A DNA stretch of 64,000 nt, from NCBI GenBank assembly GCA_045863335.1, contig BTVY01000033.1:2094-66093 (forward strand), in the 5' to 3' direction. Origin of the DNA: Candidatus Hydrogenedentota bacterium (GTDB lineage: Bacteria; Hydrogenedentota; Hydrogenedentia; Hydrogenedentales; SLHB01). Below the pieces are notes generated by a model, which was given only the letters and a program-made list of their open reading frames with translations, did no database searches and was not told the origin of the DNA. Below are positions 55,740 through 64,000 of the stretch, piece after piece. Positions within the stretch are counted from its first letter, which is position 1; each line of letters opens with the position of its first letter. Position numbers and translations under genes: made by a program.

Positions 55740-57103
55740 TCCTTCGACGCCTCCACAACGAGCGACACGTGCTGAGGTTCGACACCGAGGTGTGTACTTG
55801 CTCCCGCGGGATTGTGCGCCACAATTGTGCCCGTCACGTCGTGGATCTGCGCCGCGCCCGCATCATTCCACGCCGCGATTGCGGGACGCGCCACCGCGTC
55901 GTAGACGCGGCAGTTTTCGAAATCAACGCCGCCCAGATTTTGCGTGATCTCCGGCCGCCGGAGATGCAGCAGAACCGGGACCCGTAGTCCGCCGTAGTCG
56001 CGAAACGCCGAGACCCAGGGTTGCGTCCAACTGCAGTTTACGAAGCGCACCCGCGCGCCCTTAGCGGACTTGTCGAAAACCTTCGCGCCTTCCTTTCCGG
56101 TGTTCTCGGAGGTGCAGTTGATGAATTCGATGCTGCCCTGCGGACCGTTATCGCCCACGGCGCCCACGCTCATGCCGGACCACCCGCGCTGGTTCATGTC
56201 CGTGAATTCATCCAGCGTCATGCCCGGAATTCCCATACGCGAATGGCAGTTCTCAAAGCGGATGGATACGGGTTCGCTCTCACTGGTGAGCGGTTTGAGA
56301 TACACGAGGATCTGGTGGCCGCTGTTGTTCTCGAACACACAATTGCGGATGACGCAGTTGACCAATCGCTCGTCTGCGCTATCCGGTTCTAGATCGATCC
56401 CGGCTTCCGGCGGGGTGCCGCTCGTGCCGGAGAATACGCAATTCTCCACGAGCAGGTTTTGCGCGCTGATGACGCTCAGGCCTTGCCGGTGGTTGTCATG
56501 GCTGACGCAGTCGCGGATCGTGATGTCTTCGCTCCAACGGTTCGTGCCGCTGGAACCGACGTAGAATCCGTCGCCACCCGAACTCTCAACCCGAACACCC
56601 TCGATGGTGACGCGTTTGCACCCTGCGATAGCGATGCCCATCCGCCACTCCGCGCGTTCGTAGGCCTCGCTCTGATAGTCCGTTTTGCGCATGCGCAACG
56701 TAGCGCCGTACCCGCGGATCGTGATGTCCGTCATGTCCGTCGCGCGAAACAGCGAGTCGCCGCGTCCGTGGAATTCGTCCTTCTTCGCGAGGACCAGCAC
56801 GCCCGGCTCGAAGAGTAGTTCCAAGTTACTACGCAGGGTGATCGGCCTGACGATCCACGGTCGCCCCATGTACGGAATCGTCACCGTTGCCGCGCCCGAA
56901 TCGATGGCAGACTGAATGGCCTCGGTCGAATCCTCGGGATGGAATCCCCACCACGCCGCGTTGGCGTCGGTTCGCGAACCGGCAGCGACCGCCTCGATCG
57001 CCTCGGGATTCGGTGCGTTCGCGACCGTTTCCGCGACACTCGGGAGGAAGGCCGCGAAACACAGCGTTGCGGCCAGGAAAGGGACAGACGTTCGTAGATG
57101 CAT
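55736..57103 (-). CDS. Secreted right-handed parallel beta-helix repeat protein (pectin-lyase fold)
   Basis: Signal peptide MHLRTSVPFLAATLCFAAFLPSVAE. Repeated ...ITIRDCVSHDNHRQGLSV / NCVIRNCVFENNSG units typical of beta-helix repeats. Start at internal ATG 57101-57103. Upstream track extension is Arg-rich junk. Confidence 0.7.
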   Translation of the reverse strand: MHLRTSVPFLAATLCFAAFLPSVAETVANAPNPEAIEAVAAGSRTDANAAWWGFHPEDSTEAIQSAIDSGAATVTIPYMGRPWIVRPITLRSNLELLFEPGVLVLAKKDEFHGRGDSLFRATDMTDITIRGYGATLRMRKTDYQSEAYERAEWRMGIAIAGCKRVTIEGVRVESSGGDGFYVGSSGTNRWSEDITIRDCVSHDNHRQGLSVISAQNLLVENCVFSGTSGTPPEAGIDLEPDSADERLVNCVIRNCVFENNSGHQILVYLKPLTSESEPVSIRFENCHSRMGIPGMTLDEFTDMNQRGWSGMSVGAVGDNGPQGSIEFINCTSENTGKEGAKVFDKSAKGARVRFVNCSWTQPWVSAFRDYGGLRVPVLLHLRRPEITQNLGGVDFENCRVYDAVARPAIAAWNDAGAAQIHDVTGTIVAHNPAGASTHLGVEPQHVSLVVEASKD

Positions 57104-57189
57104 CGTGATTCTCCGCTGAATGATCCTGTGATGGAAAACCCAGTATGGTTGAATCGCGATAGGCGTGCAATTTGGGGTCTGATTCGCCG

Positions 57190-59091
57190 CTACTCGGGCA
57201 CGTATGCCGAGCAGAATTCCCGCAGTTGCGGTATGTCGAAGTGTTCCATGATTCCGAACGTGAACAGCGCCGGTTTGTCGTCGTAGCGAATCTCCTGGTC
57301 CAGACATTCCTTCAGCGATTCGAGACCGCCGGAGGTGCGAACTTCGAGGATCGCGTCTCCCATGATGCCGCCCGCGATCAGCGCAACCACGCTCGCGTTG
57401 GCTCCTTCCGAACGGATGTGCAACGGCACATCGCTGTATTCGTTCGATGCGGCCTCGATGACCGCAGTCATTTGTTTGACTTGCTCGCCCAGGAGCCGTT
57501 CTCCGGTGGCGTCTATCATCATCGCGGACTGGGACTGCCGGCCTCCGCCCGGTGCGCATTCACCGAAGTACAGCAGGTCGATGGCGATCACTCGCTGCCC
57601 GGCACCCACCAACGAAATCGCCGTTTCACTCATGGAGGATTTGCCTTCGTCCGCAACCAGAATTGTCGTGGCCGTCGCGGCCGGGTCGTCGGTTTCGAAT
57701 AGGGCGAAGGGTACCGTCCATTCTTTCAGCTTCAATTGTCCTCGCACACGGGAAACGCCCTCGCTGACCGCTTCATCGATGGGTTCAACGGTGCCCGACG
57801 TGGGTCTCCACCGAACGGTTTCGGTAAGTACGCGACGCGTGTCGGCCGGCTCCTGGGACAGGGGCGCCGGGAGGTTCTCCATCGTCTTTCGCGCCAGCGA
57901 GTGAAAGGTCTCGTTTCCTTCAGGCATGCCGGCGGCGAGTTCTTGGAGTGTGCGCACCTCGCCCTCGTACGCGGGTTCCTCGTCCGGCCAGTCGAAGCCC
58001 CATTGTTCACTCAGGAACCGGTATAAGGCAAGACGGTTGTCCAAGTCATAATTATGGGTGCCCGGGTCGACGTTTTCGTGACGATGGAAACGATCTCCCG
58101 CGCCATACAACGCGTAGAAGGGCGCGATAGGTTCGTACACGTTTGGCCACACGCGGTCGGATTGAAAACAGCAATCGTCCTTGATGTTGTAAATCAACAA
58201 GGCAGGCCGTGGCGCGAGCATGGCGGTCAAATGCGTGTAGTCCGCTACTTTCAGGAGATCGACCGGTATCTGTTCGAGATCGCCGATATCCTGGCTGTGG
58301 TCGGCCCGGACCGCGAGCCCTACATATCCCGCGTTCGGTGCGGTTGCGCGGATGCGCGTATCGAGCGAACTCAGGATGATCGTCTGCCAACCGCCTCCCG
58401 ATAGTCCCGTCATGGCGATCCGCTCTGGATCGACCGACGGATGCTCCAGCAAAACGTCCAGTCCTCGTTTCATGGCCTGGTAGAAGATCGAAAGACCGCT
58501 CACGCCGCATTGGTTCAGGTAGGCCGAATCGTTGTGACGAAATCCGGGATCGGCAAGTTCGCCGAAGAACAACCATTCGGGGTGCAGGACGACCGCGCCG
58601 CGTTTCGCGAGCGTGATGCATCGTGCTTGTATGAACTCCACACTCTTTCCCGGATCGCCGACATGGCCGTTCACACTGAGCAGGGCCGGTGCTTTCTCGG
58701 CGAGGTTCTCCGGCTCGTAGAGCATCGCGGGAATCCACATGCCCGGCACGGCCTGGTATCGGAGCTTGCGAATGCGATACCCCTTGTCCGTCTCGATGGT
58801 GTCGGCCCATTCGACCTGGACCGGCCCCTCGTACCATTCCTTCGGCACGCCGCGATACACGATGTCGGCCAACATTCGTTCGCGCAAGGCCGCCTGAGTC
58901 TCGTCCCATTCTTCGGCGCTCGCGGGGACCTGTACTGGCGGAACGCGATTGACCACGAAGTCGCGGATCTCCCGATCGGTCGTGCCGCTTTCCAACACAG
59001 GCGTTTGCAGCCAGTCGGTAACCAGGATCTGGGCGGAATCCGTCAACGGCGCACCCGAGGTAATGACAATGAACATGAGCGATGTCAGCAT
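57190..59091 (-). CDS. Alpha/beta-hydrolase fold protein (acetylxylan-esterase/dienelactone-hydrolase-like), secreted
   Basis: Nucleophile elbow GLSGGGWQT (GxSxG) within an about 300-aa alpha/beta core. N-terminal hydrophobic leader MLTSLMFIVITSGAPL. Start 59089-59091 chosen because GGGAGG lies 8 nt upstream. Confidence 0.75.
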   Translation of the reverse strand: MLTSLMFIVITSGAPLTDSAQILVTDWLQTPVLESGTTDREIRDFVVNRVPPVQVPASAEEWDETQAALRERMLADIVYRGVPKEWYEGPVQVEWADTIETDKGYRIRKLRYQAVPGMWIPAMLYEPENLAEKAPALLSVNGHVGDPGKSVEFIQARCITLAKRGAVVLHPEWLFFGELADPGFRHNDSAYLNQCGVSGLSIFYQAMKRGLDVLLEHPSVDPERIAMTGLSGGGWQTIILSSLDTRIRATAPNAGYVGLAVRADHSQDIGDLEQIPVDLLKVADYTHLTAMLAPRPALLIYNIKDDCCFQSDRVWPNVYEPIAPFYALYGAGDRFHRHENVDPGTHNYDLDNRLALYRFLSEQWGFDWPDEEPAYEGEVRTLQELAAGMPEGNETFHSLARKTMENLPAPLSQEPADTRRVLTETVRWRPTSGTVEPIDEAVSEGVSRVRGQLKLKEWTVPFALFETDDPAATATTILVADEGKSSMSETAISLVGAGQRVIAIDLLYFGECAPGGGRQSQSAMMIDATGERLLGEQVKQMTAVIEAASNEYSDVPLHIRSEGANASVVALIAGGIMGDAILEVRTSGGLESLKECLDQEIRYDDKPALFTFGIMEHFDIPQLREFCSAYVPE

Positions 59092-59216
59092 GGCGCACAG
59101 CCTCCCTGTCAGCAAGGCCACTACTATAGCGGAATCCAACCGAAGGCGTAAGGAACTTTCCGTGGGTGCTTTTTGTGGTACCATAATCGCCGCTCAAGGT
59201 AGGGAGTAATCGCAGC

Positions 59217-62159
59217 ATGATTCGATCCTGGCGAATCGGCGTGCTCGCCGGACTTGCAATGGGTAGCGCGTTGGCCTCGGTTGCCGAACCCGCGGCTGTT
59301 GATGATATCGCGGACGCGCTTGCCGACGGGCTTCGTGTCACCGAGCGCGATCCGGCCGCAGCCGAGGCGCTTGAATCGTTCCTCAATGAGACGGACACTT
59401 CTGCCGAGTCCCTCGGCGCAACGTTGTTCCAAGAGAATGTCCAGCCCGTCTTTGCCGAACACTGCTATTCCTGCCACGGTCCCGACAAACAGAAGGGCGG
59501 ACTTCGCCTGGACGTACCGACCGCCATCGAAGTGGGGGGAGCGCATGGCGCGGTCGTCATGCCCGGCGATCCGGAGAACAGCCGGCTTGTCGAAGCGATT
59601 CGTTACGCGAACCCCGATTTGCAGATGCCGCCCAAAGCGCCGCTGCCAGACGATGCTGTCGCGGCCATCGAACAGTGGATAGCCTCGGGCGCGCCCTGGC
59701 CGGGCGCCGACGACGCCATGGCGGCCGCGGAAGCGCGCGTGCGCGAAGAGGTCGAAACGTCGGAGAGGTTTTGGGCGTTTCGGCCAGTGGTGAGACCGGA
59801 GGTTCCGGGCGCCTCGAAGGCGGAATGGATTTCCAATCCGATCGATGCATTTGTCCTGGCGCGGTTGACAGAGCAAGGTCTCGCTCCGTCGGACCAGGCC
59901 GACCGCCGCACCTTGATTCGCCGTGTGTATCTGGACGTGCTCGGGCTACCACCCCCGCCCGAAGAAGTCGATGCCTTTGTTGCCGATCCGGATCCCGGCG
60001 CGTATGAGCGCCTCGTGGATCAGGTGCTCGCTTCGCCCCACTACGGCGAGCGTTGGGCGCGTCATTGGCTGGACGTCGTGCGGTTTGCCGAAACGACCGG
60101 TTTTGAAACCAATCTGCCCAGGAGGAACGCGTGGCACTACCGCGACTACGTCATTGAGGCGCTCAATGCGGACAAGTCCTACACGGAATTCGTTCGCGAG
60201 CAAATCGTGGGCGACGCGTTCGGCGCGACCCGGGCGACGGGTTTCCTCGTGGGCGGTCCGGACGACAAGGTGAAGAGTCCCGATATCGTGCTCACGAGGA
60301 ACCAGCGCGACGGCGAGTTGCACGACATGGTTTCGACCATCGGCGGAGCCTTTCTCGGCCTTACGGTCGGGTGTGCAAAGTGCCACGATCACAAGTTCGA
60401 TCCCATCTCCCAGCGCGACTACTACCGCATGCGGGCCATGATCGCCGGCGTGAAGCATGGCGAACAGGAACTGCCGGACCCCAATCGCGAGAAGCGGCTG
60501 GCGAAGGTGGACGAGGCCCAATCGGAATTGCGCGCTATTGAGTCGGAGTTGCTCAAATTCGTCCCCATGGCCCGCGTGGACGCCGGCGAACCGGCGCGGC
60601 CGCCGGTTTCTTCGCTGGGTAATGTCGAGCGTTTTGAACCGGTCGAAGCGCGATTTGTCCGCTTCACCGTTCTCGGCACGTCCGATGCCGAACCCTGTAT
60701 CGACGAGTTGGAGATTTACACCGCGGGCGAGGAACCTGTTAACGTGGCCTTGGCGAGCGCCGGGGCGACCGCGACTGCTTCCAGCGAATTCGTGAACAAC
60801 GCGAAGCACAAGACCATCCACCTGAACGACGGCAAGTACGGCAATGACTTCAGTTGGATTCCCAAGGAACACCAGGATGCCTGGGCGCAGATCGAGCTTC
60901 CGGATACCTTCACGATCGATCGCATCGCCTGGGCGCGGGACCGCAATGGTTCGTTCAAGGATCGCCTGGCCATCGCGTATCGCATCGAAGTCGCGATCGA
61001 ACCCGGCCAATGGCGAATCGTTGCCACGTCCGAGGACCGTGCTAAGTACAAGCCAGGCGTGGAGGTGCCCGCACACTATTACGCGTCGAAACCGGAAGAC
61101 GCCAAAGAATTGGAATCCTTGCTCGCGAAAAAGGAACAGTTGCAGAAGAAGATCAATCGTCTATCCGCGGTTCCCATGGTGTACGCGGGACAGTTCGAGG
61201 AGCCTGAACCCACACGCATTCTCCAGCGCGGCGACCCCATGAGCGAAGGCGATGTCGTGGTTCCAGGGACTCCCAAGCTGGTTGGAGCGTCCTGCGATTT
61301 GCCCGCGGACTCACCGGAGCAGGAACGCCGCCGCGCCTTGGCGGATTGGATTGCGAGCCCTGACAACCCCTTTACCGCGCGGGTCATCGTCAATCGCATC
61401 TGGCAACATCACTTCGGCCGCGGCATCGTCGATACACCGAGTGATTTCGGCGCCATGGGTGCGCGGCCCTCGCATCCGGAGTTGCTCGATTGGCTTTCGT
61501 CGGAATTGATAGCGCAGGATTGGCGATTGAAGTCCATGCATCGCATGATTCTGTTGTCGAGCACCTATCGCCAGTCCGCGGTCCCGAGATCGGACGCCTT
61601 AGCCGTGGACGCCGATTCGCGGTACTTATGGCGCTTCCCGCCGCGCCGTCTCGAAGCGGAGCCGCTGCGCGATTCCATTCTGGCGGTCAGCGGCGCGTTG
61701 AATCGGACCATGGGCGGACCCGGTTACGATGTCTTCGAGCCGGACGATAGCTACGTGCACATCTACGTGCCGAAAGAAGAATTCGCTCCCGGCGACCTGC
61801 GGCGCATGATCTATCAGTGGAAGCCGCGCGTCGAACAGGACATTACCTTCGGTGTTTTTGATTGTCCCGATGCCACGCAAGCCACGCCCAAGCGCGTCAG
61901 TAGCACCTCGCCGCTCCAGGCCTTGAGCCTGTTGAACAGCCCGTTTATGAACGCGCAGGCAGAAGTATTCGCCGGGCGACTCAAGAACGAAGCGGGGGAG
62001 ACCATCGAGGATCAAGTTCGCCGCGCATTTCTGCTGGCCTTCGGCCGTGAACCGGATTCGGAGGAAACCGCGGCGTCGGCAGCATTTGTCCGAGACCGTG
62101 GGCTAATCCTGTTTTGCCGCGCGTTGTACAGCGCGAACGAGTTTCTCTACCTCAACTAG
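59217..62159 (+). CDS. PSCyt1/DUF1549 ... F5/8-type-C ... DUF1553 multidomain protein
   Basis: CxxCH heme motif in VFAEHCYSCHGPDKQKGGLRLD, DUF1549-type block (WISNPIDAFVLARL...HYGERWARHWLDVVRFAETTGFE), central discoidin-like block (FVRFTVLGTSD...DELEIY) and DUF1553-type C-terminus (ARVIVNRIWQHHFGRGIV...). Confidence 0.9.
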   Translation: MIRSWRIGVLAGLAMGSALASVAEPAAVDDIADALADGLRVTERDPAAAEALESFLNETDTSAESLGATLFQENVQPVFAEHCYSCHGPDKQKGGLRLDVPTAIEVGGAHGAVVMPGDPENSRLVEAIRYANPDLQMPPKAPLPDDAVAAIEQWIASGAPWPGADDAMAAAEARVREEVETSERFWAFRPVVRPEVPGASKAEWISNPIDAFVLARLTEQGLAPSDQADRRTLIRRVYLDVLGLPPPPEEVDAFVADPDPGAYERLVDQVLASPHYGERWARHWLDVVRFAETTGFETNLPRRNAWHYRDYVIEALNADKSYTEFVREQIVGDAFGATRATGFLVGGPDDKVKSPDIVLTRNQRDGELHDMVSTIGGAFLGLTVGCAKCHDHKFDPISQRDYYRMRAMIAGVKHGEQELPDPNREKRLAKVDEAQSELRAIESELLKFVPMARVDAGEPARPPVSSLGNVERFEPVEARFVRFTVLGTSDAEPCIDELEIYTAGEEPVNVALASAGATATASSEFVNNAKHKTIHLNDGKYGNDFSWIPKEHQDAWAQIELPDTFTIDRIAWARDRNGSFKDRLAIAYRIEVAIEPGQWRIVATSEDRAKYKPGVEVPAHYYASKPEDAKELESLLAKKEQLQKKINRLSAVPMVYAGQFEEPEPTRILQRGDPMSEGDVVVPGTPKLVGASCDLPADSPEQERRRALADWIASPDNPFTARVIVNRIWQHHFGRGIVDTPSDFGAMGARPSHPELLDWLSSELIAQDWRLKSMHRMILLSSTYRQSAVPRSDALAVDADSRYLWRFPPRRLEAEPLRDSILAVSGALNRTMGGPGYDVFEPDDSYVHIYVPKEEFAPGDLRRMIYQWKPRVEQDITFGVFDCPDATQATPKRVSSTSPLQALSLLNSPFMNAQAEVFAGRLKNEAGETIEDQVRRAFLLAFGREPDSEETAASAAFVRDRGLILFCRALYSANEFLYLN

Positions 62160-62344
62160 GGAATCGGCATGATTGATTTCGGAAAACTTAGCGTACGGTC
62201 AACGAGATCATCGAGTGCGGGAAGTTTCACGTTCTCGTGGCTTCTGCGTGACCCCATGCATATCCGGCGAATCTGCCGCGCACAGTGGCAGTATCTGACG
62301 CAACACGCAGCGCCCCACTCGACAATGTATACCGGAGATTTCGT

Positions 62345-63823
62345 ATGACGCCCTTGTCGCATCATGGCCGTTATCTTCTGGACCGGCGATCGTTCCTGCA
62401 GTACGCGGGAACGGGTCTCGGAAGCATCGCCTTGGCTGCCCTCCTGGGCGAGGACAAGGTGTTGGCGTCTGATGAGGTGCAGCCCATCCGTCCGGTACTC
62501 GATCCGGCCGCGCCCATGGCGCCCCGCGCACCGCATTTCTCGCCGCGGGCGACCAAGGTGCTCATGATCTTCTGCTCCGGCGCGGTCAGCCACGTGGACA
62601 GTTGGGACTACAAGCCGGAGCTGATCAAGCGCGACGGGCAACCCATGCCCGGCGGCGGCGAGCTGATCACGTTTCAGGGTGAACAGGGAAACCTCACGAA
62701 ACCGCTTTGGGAGTTCAAACAGCGCGGGGAGTGTGGCAAGTACGCGTCGGATCTCCTGCCCCACATGGCCGAACTCGTCGACGACTTCTGCTTTATCCAT
62801 TCCATGACCGCCCGCAGCAACACGCACGGCCCGGCCGAAAGCCAGATGAACACGGGTTTCACGTTGGACGGTTTCCCGAGCATGGGGTCCTGGGTGTCGT
62901 ACGCCTTGGGCGCGGAGACGAACGATCTGCCGGCCTACGTCGCCATTCCTGACCCGCGCGGCGTGCCTCAGATGGGACCGAACAGTTGGTCTGCGGGATT
63001 CCTCCCCGCCGTGTTTCAGGGCGTGCCCTTCGGCGCGGACAAACCCATCCCGCACCTCGCGACGCCGGAGTCCATCAGCGCCGGCGACGATCGCGCCACG
63101 CAGGACTTTCTCAAGTTCCTGAACGAGAAGCACCTCGAACAGTACCCCGGCGATACGGAACTCAGCGCGCGAATCGCGAGTTACGAATTGGCCGCGCGCA
63201 TGCAACTACGTGCTGCCGAGGTCAGCGATTTCTCCACGGAATCCGCCGCCACGCGCCGTATGTATTGTGTCGAGGATCAGAACGAACTCAAAGCCGGATT
63301 CGGCAAGAATTGCCTGCTGGCGCGGCGACTGTTGGAACGGGGCGTGCGATTTGTCCAGTTGTTCAACGGCGCCTACGCTATGGGGGAAGGCGTCGGCAAC
63401 TGGGACGGCCACAAGGTGCTGCACGAGCAATACAGCGTTCATGCGCCGATTCTGGACGAGCCCTGCGCCGCTTTGCTCAAGGACATGAAGGCGCGCGGAC
63501 TACTGGATGACACGTTGGTCGTCTGGGCTACGGAGTTCGGTCGCATGCCCACGTTCCAGAAAGGCGCCAGCGGCCGCGATCACAATCCCAACGGGTTCAC
63601 CGTGTTTCTCACCGGCGCCGGGGTCAAACGCGCCTTCAGCTACGGCGCCACCGACGAGTTCGGCTACAAGGCCGTGGAGAACGTGACCACCATCTACGAC
63701 CTCCACGCCACCATCCTGCACCTGCTCGGCCTGAACCACAAACAACTGACCTTCTACCACAACGGCATCGAGCGACGCTTGACCGACGTGCATGGGAAGA
63801 TTATCCAGCCCATCCTGGCGTAG
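62345..63823 (+). CDS. DUF1501 domain protein (sulfatase-like fold) with twin-arginine signal
   Basis: Tat motif [21 protein letters not shown] and the DUF1501 core ([18 protein letters not shown]...[20 protein letters not shown]...). Canonical partner of DUF1549/DUF1553 proteins. Confidence 0.9.
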   Translation: MTPLSHHGRYLLDRRSFLQYAGTGLGSIALAALLGEDKVLASDEVQPIRPVLDPAAPMAPRAPHFSPRATKVLMIFCSGAVSHVDSWDYKPELIKRDGQPMPGGGELITFQGEQGNLTKPLWEFKQRGECGKYASDLLPHMAELVDDFCFIHSMTARSNTHGPAESQMNTGFTLDGFPSMGSWVSYALGAETNDLPAYVAIPDPRGVPQMGPNSWSAGFLPAVFQGVPFGADKPIPHLATPESISAGDDRATQDFLKFLNEKHLEQYPGDTELSARIASYELAARMQLRAAEVSDFSTESAATRRMYCVEDQNELKAGFGKNCLLARRLLERGVRFVQLFNGAYAMGEGVGNWDGHKVLHEQYSVHAPILDEPCAALLKDMKARGLLDDTLVVWATEFGRMPTFQKGASGRDHNPNGFTVFLTGAGVKRAFSYGATDEFGYKAVENVTTIYDLHATILHLLGLNHKQLTFYHNGIERRLTDVHGKIIQPILA

Positions 63824-63870
63824 TTTTCCAGAACCTGAGTTGGATTCTTAGACACCATGGCCGTTTCCAA

Positions 63871-64000
63871 TCGGTATCGGTATCGGTATCGGTATCGGGA
63901 TCGGTATCGGTATCGGTATCGGTATCGGTATCGGTATCGGTATCGGGATCGGTATCGGTATCGGGATCGGTATCGGTATCGGGATCGGGATCGGTATCGG
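63871..64000. repeat. Hexanucleotide microsatellite (TCGGTA/TCGGGA)n, about 21.7 units, continuing past the window end
   Basis: Read directly: tcggtatcggtatcggtatcggtatcgggatcggtatcgg... to position 64000. 15 units carry T (GGTATC) and 6 carry G (GGGATC, which creates GATC sites). Confidence 0.9.

Noticed and set aside
59946-63205. 376-aa and 349-aa minus-strand ORFs inside the DUF1549/DUF1553 and DUF1501 genes
   Set aside because: Antisense to strongly motif-supported genes. Low-complexity Arg/Gly-rich products.
1-64000. Search for tRNA, rRNA, CRISPR arrays, transposases or integrases
   Set aside because: No tRNA-like acceptor/T-loop signatures, no rRNA-like conserved stretches, no regularly spaced direct repeats with spacers, and no transposase or integrase motifs were seen in any frame. 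The only tandem repeat is the terminal hexanucleotide microsatellite.

Overview
High-GC bacterial chromosomal segment (roughly 60-65% GC by eye), densely coding on both strands. Several features suggest a PVC-superphylum (Planctomycetota-like) organism: a prepilin-type N-terminal 'GFTLIELLVVIAIIGILAG' DUF1559-like protein, a PSCyt/DUF1549/DUF1553 cytochrome-like giant paired with a Tat-signal DUF1501 protein, a large ankyrin-repeat protein, and a dcw cluster that stops at murG with no ftsQ/A/Z. This placement is inference only. Main blocks, in order: (1) der(partial)-pgsA-response regulator-PilZ operon on the minus strand. (2) A cell-envelope glycan cluster: 1220-aa secreted protein, WbqC-like, DegT aminotransferase, WecA-like GT4 transferase and a beta-helix lipoprotein. 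(3) pcrA/uvrD, pheA, two tandem cyclophilins, a Gfo/Idh/MocA oxidoreductase and a GNAT acetyltransferase. (4) A minus-strand Atu/Liu-like acyl-CoA catabolic cluster: crotonase, DUF4387-like, AtuA-like, carboxyltransferase and acyl-CoA dehydrogenase. (5) ftsK with an AT-rich sigma70-like promoter, a short RodZ-like protein, and a pgsA2-alr-yacP operon. (6) A CPBP/Abi protease and an 831-aa ankyrin protein. (7) The dcw cluster mraZ-STAS-rsmH-ftsL-ftsI-murE-murF-mraY-murD-ftsW-murG, preceded by an AT-rich promoter island with a putative MraZ-box array and two 21-bp perfect palindromes. (8) Tandem HD-GYP paralogs, deoC, an NRAMP-like transporter and an S45 penicillin-acylase-family protein. (9) A beta-propeller/Y_Y_Y/PAS sensor with a 4-Cys C-terminal domain, split by an 8-bp tandem duplication. 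(10) A beta-helix protein, an alpha/beta hydrolase, the PSCyt-DUF1549/DUF1553 plus DUF1501 pair, and a (GGTATC/GGGATC)n hexanucleotide microsatellite running off the window end. No rRNA, tRNA, CRISPR array or transposase was recognised. Many long antisense ORFs in the six-frame track are GC-driven artefacts and were rejected.
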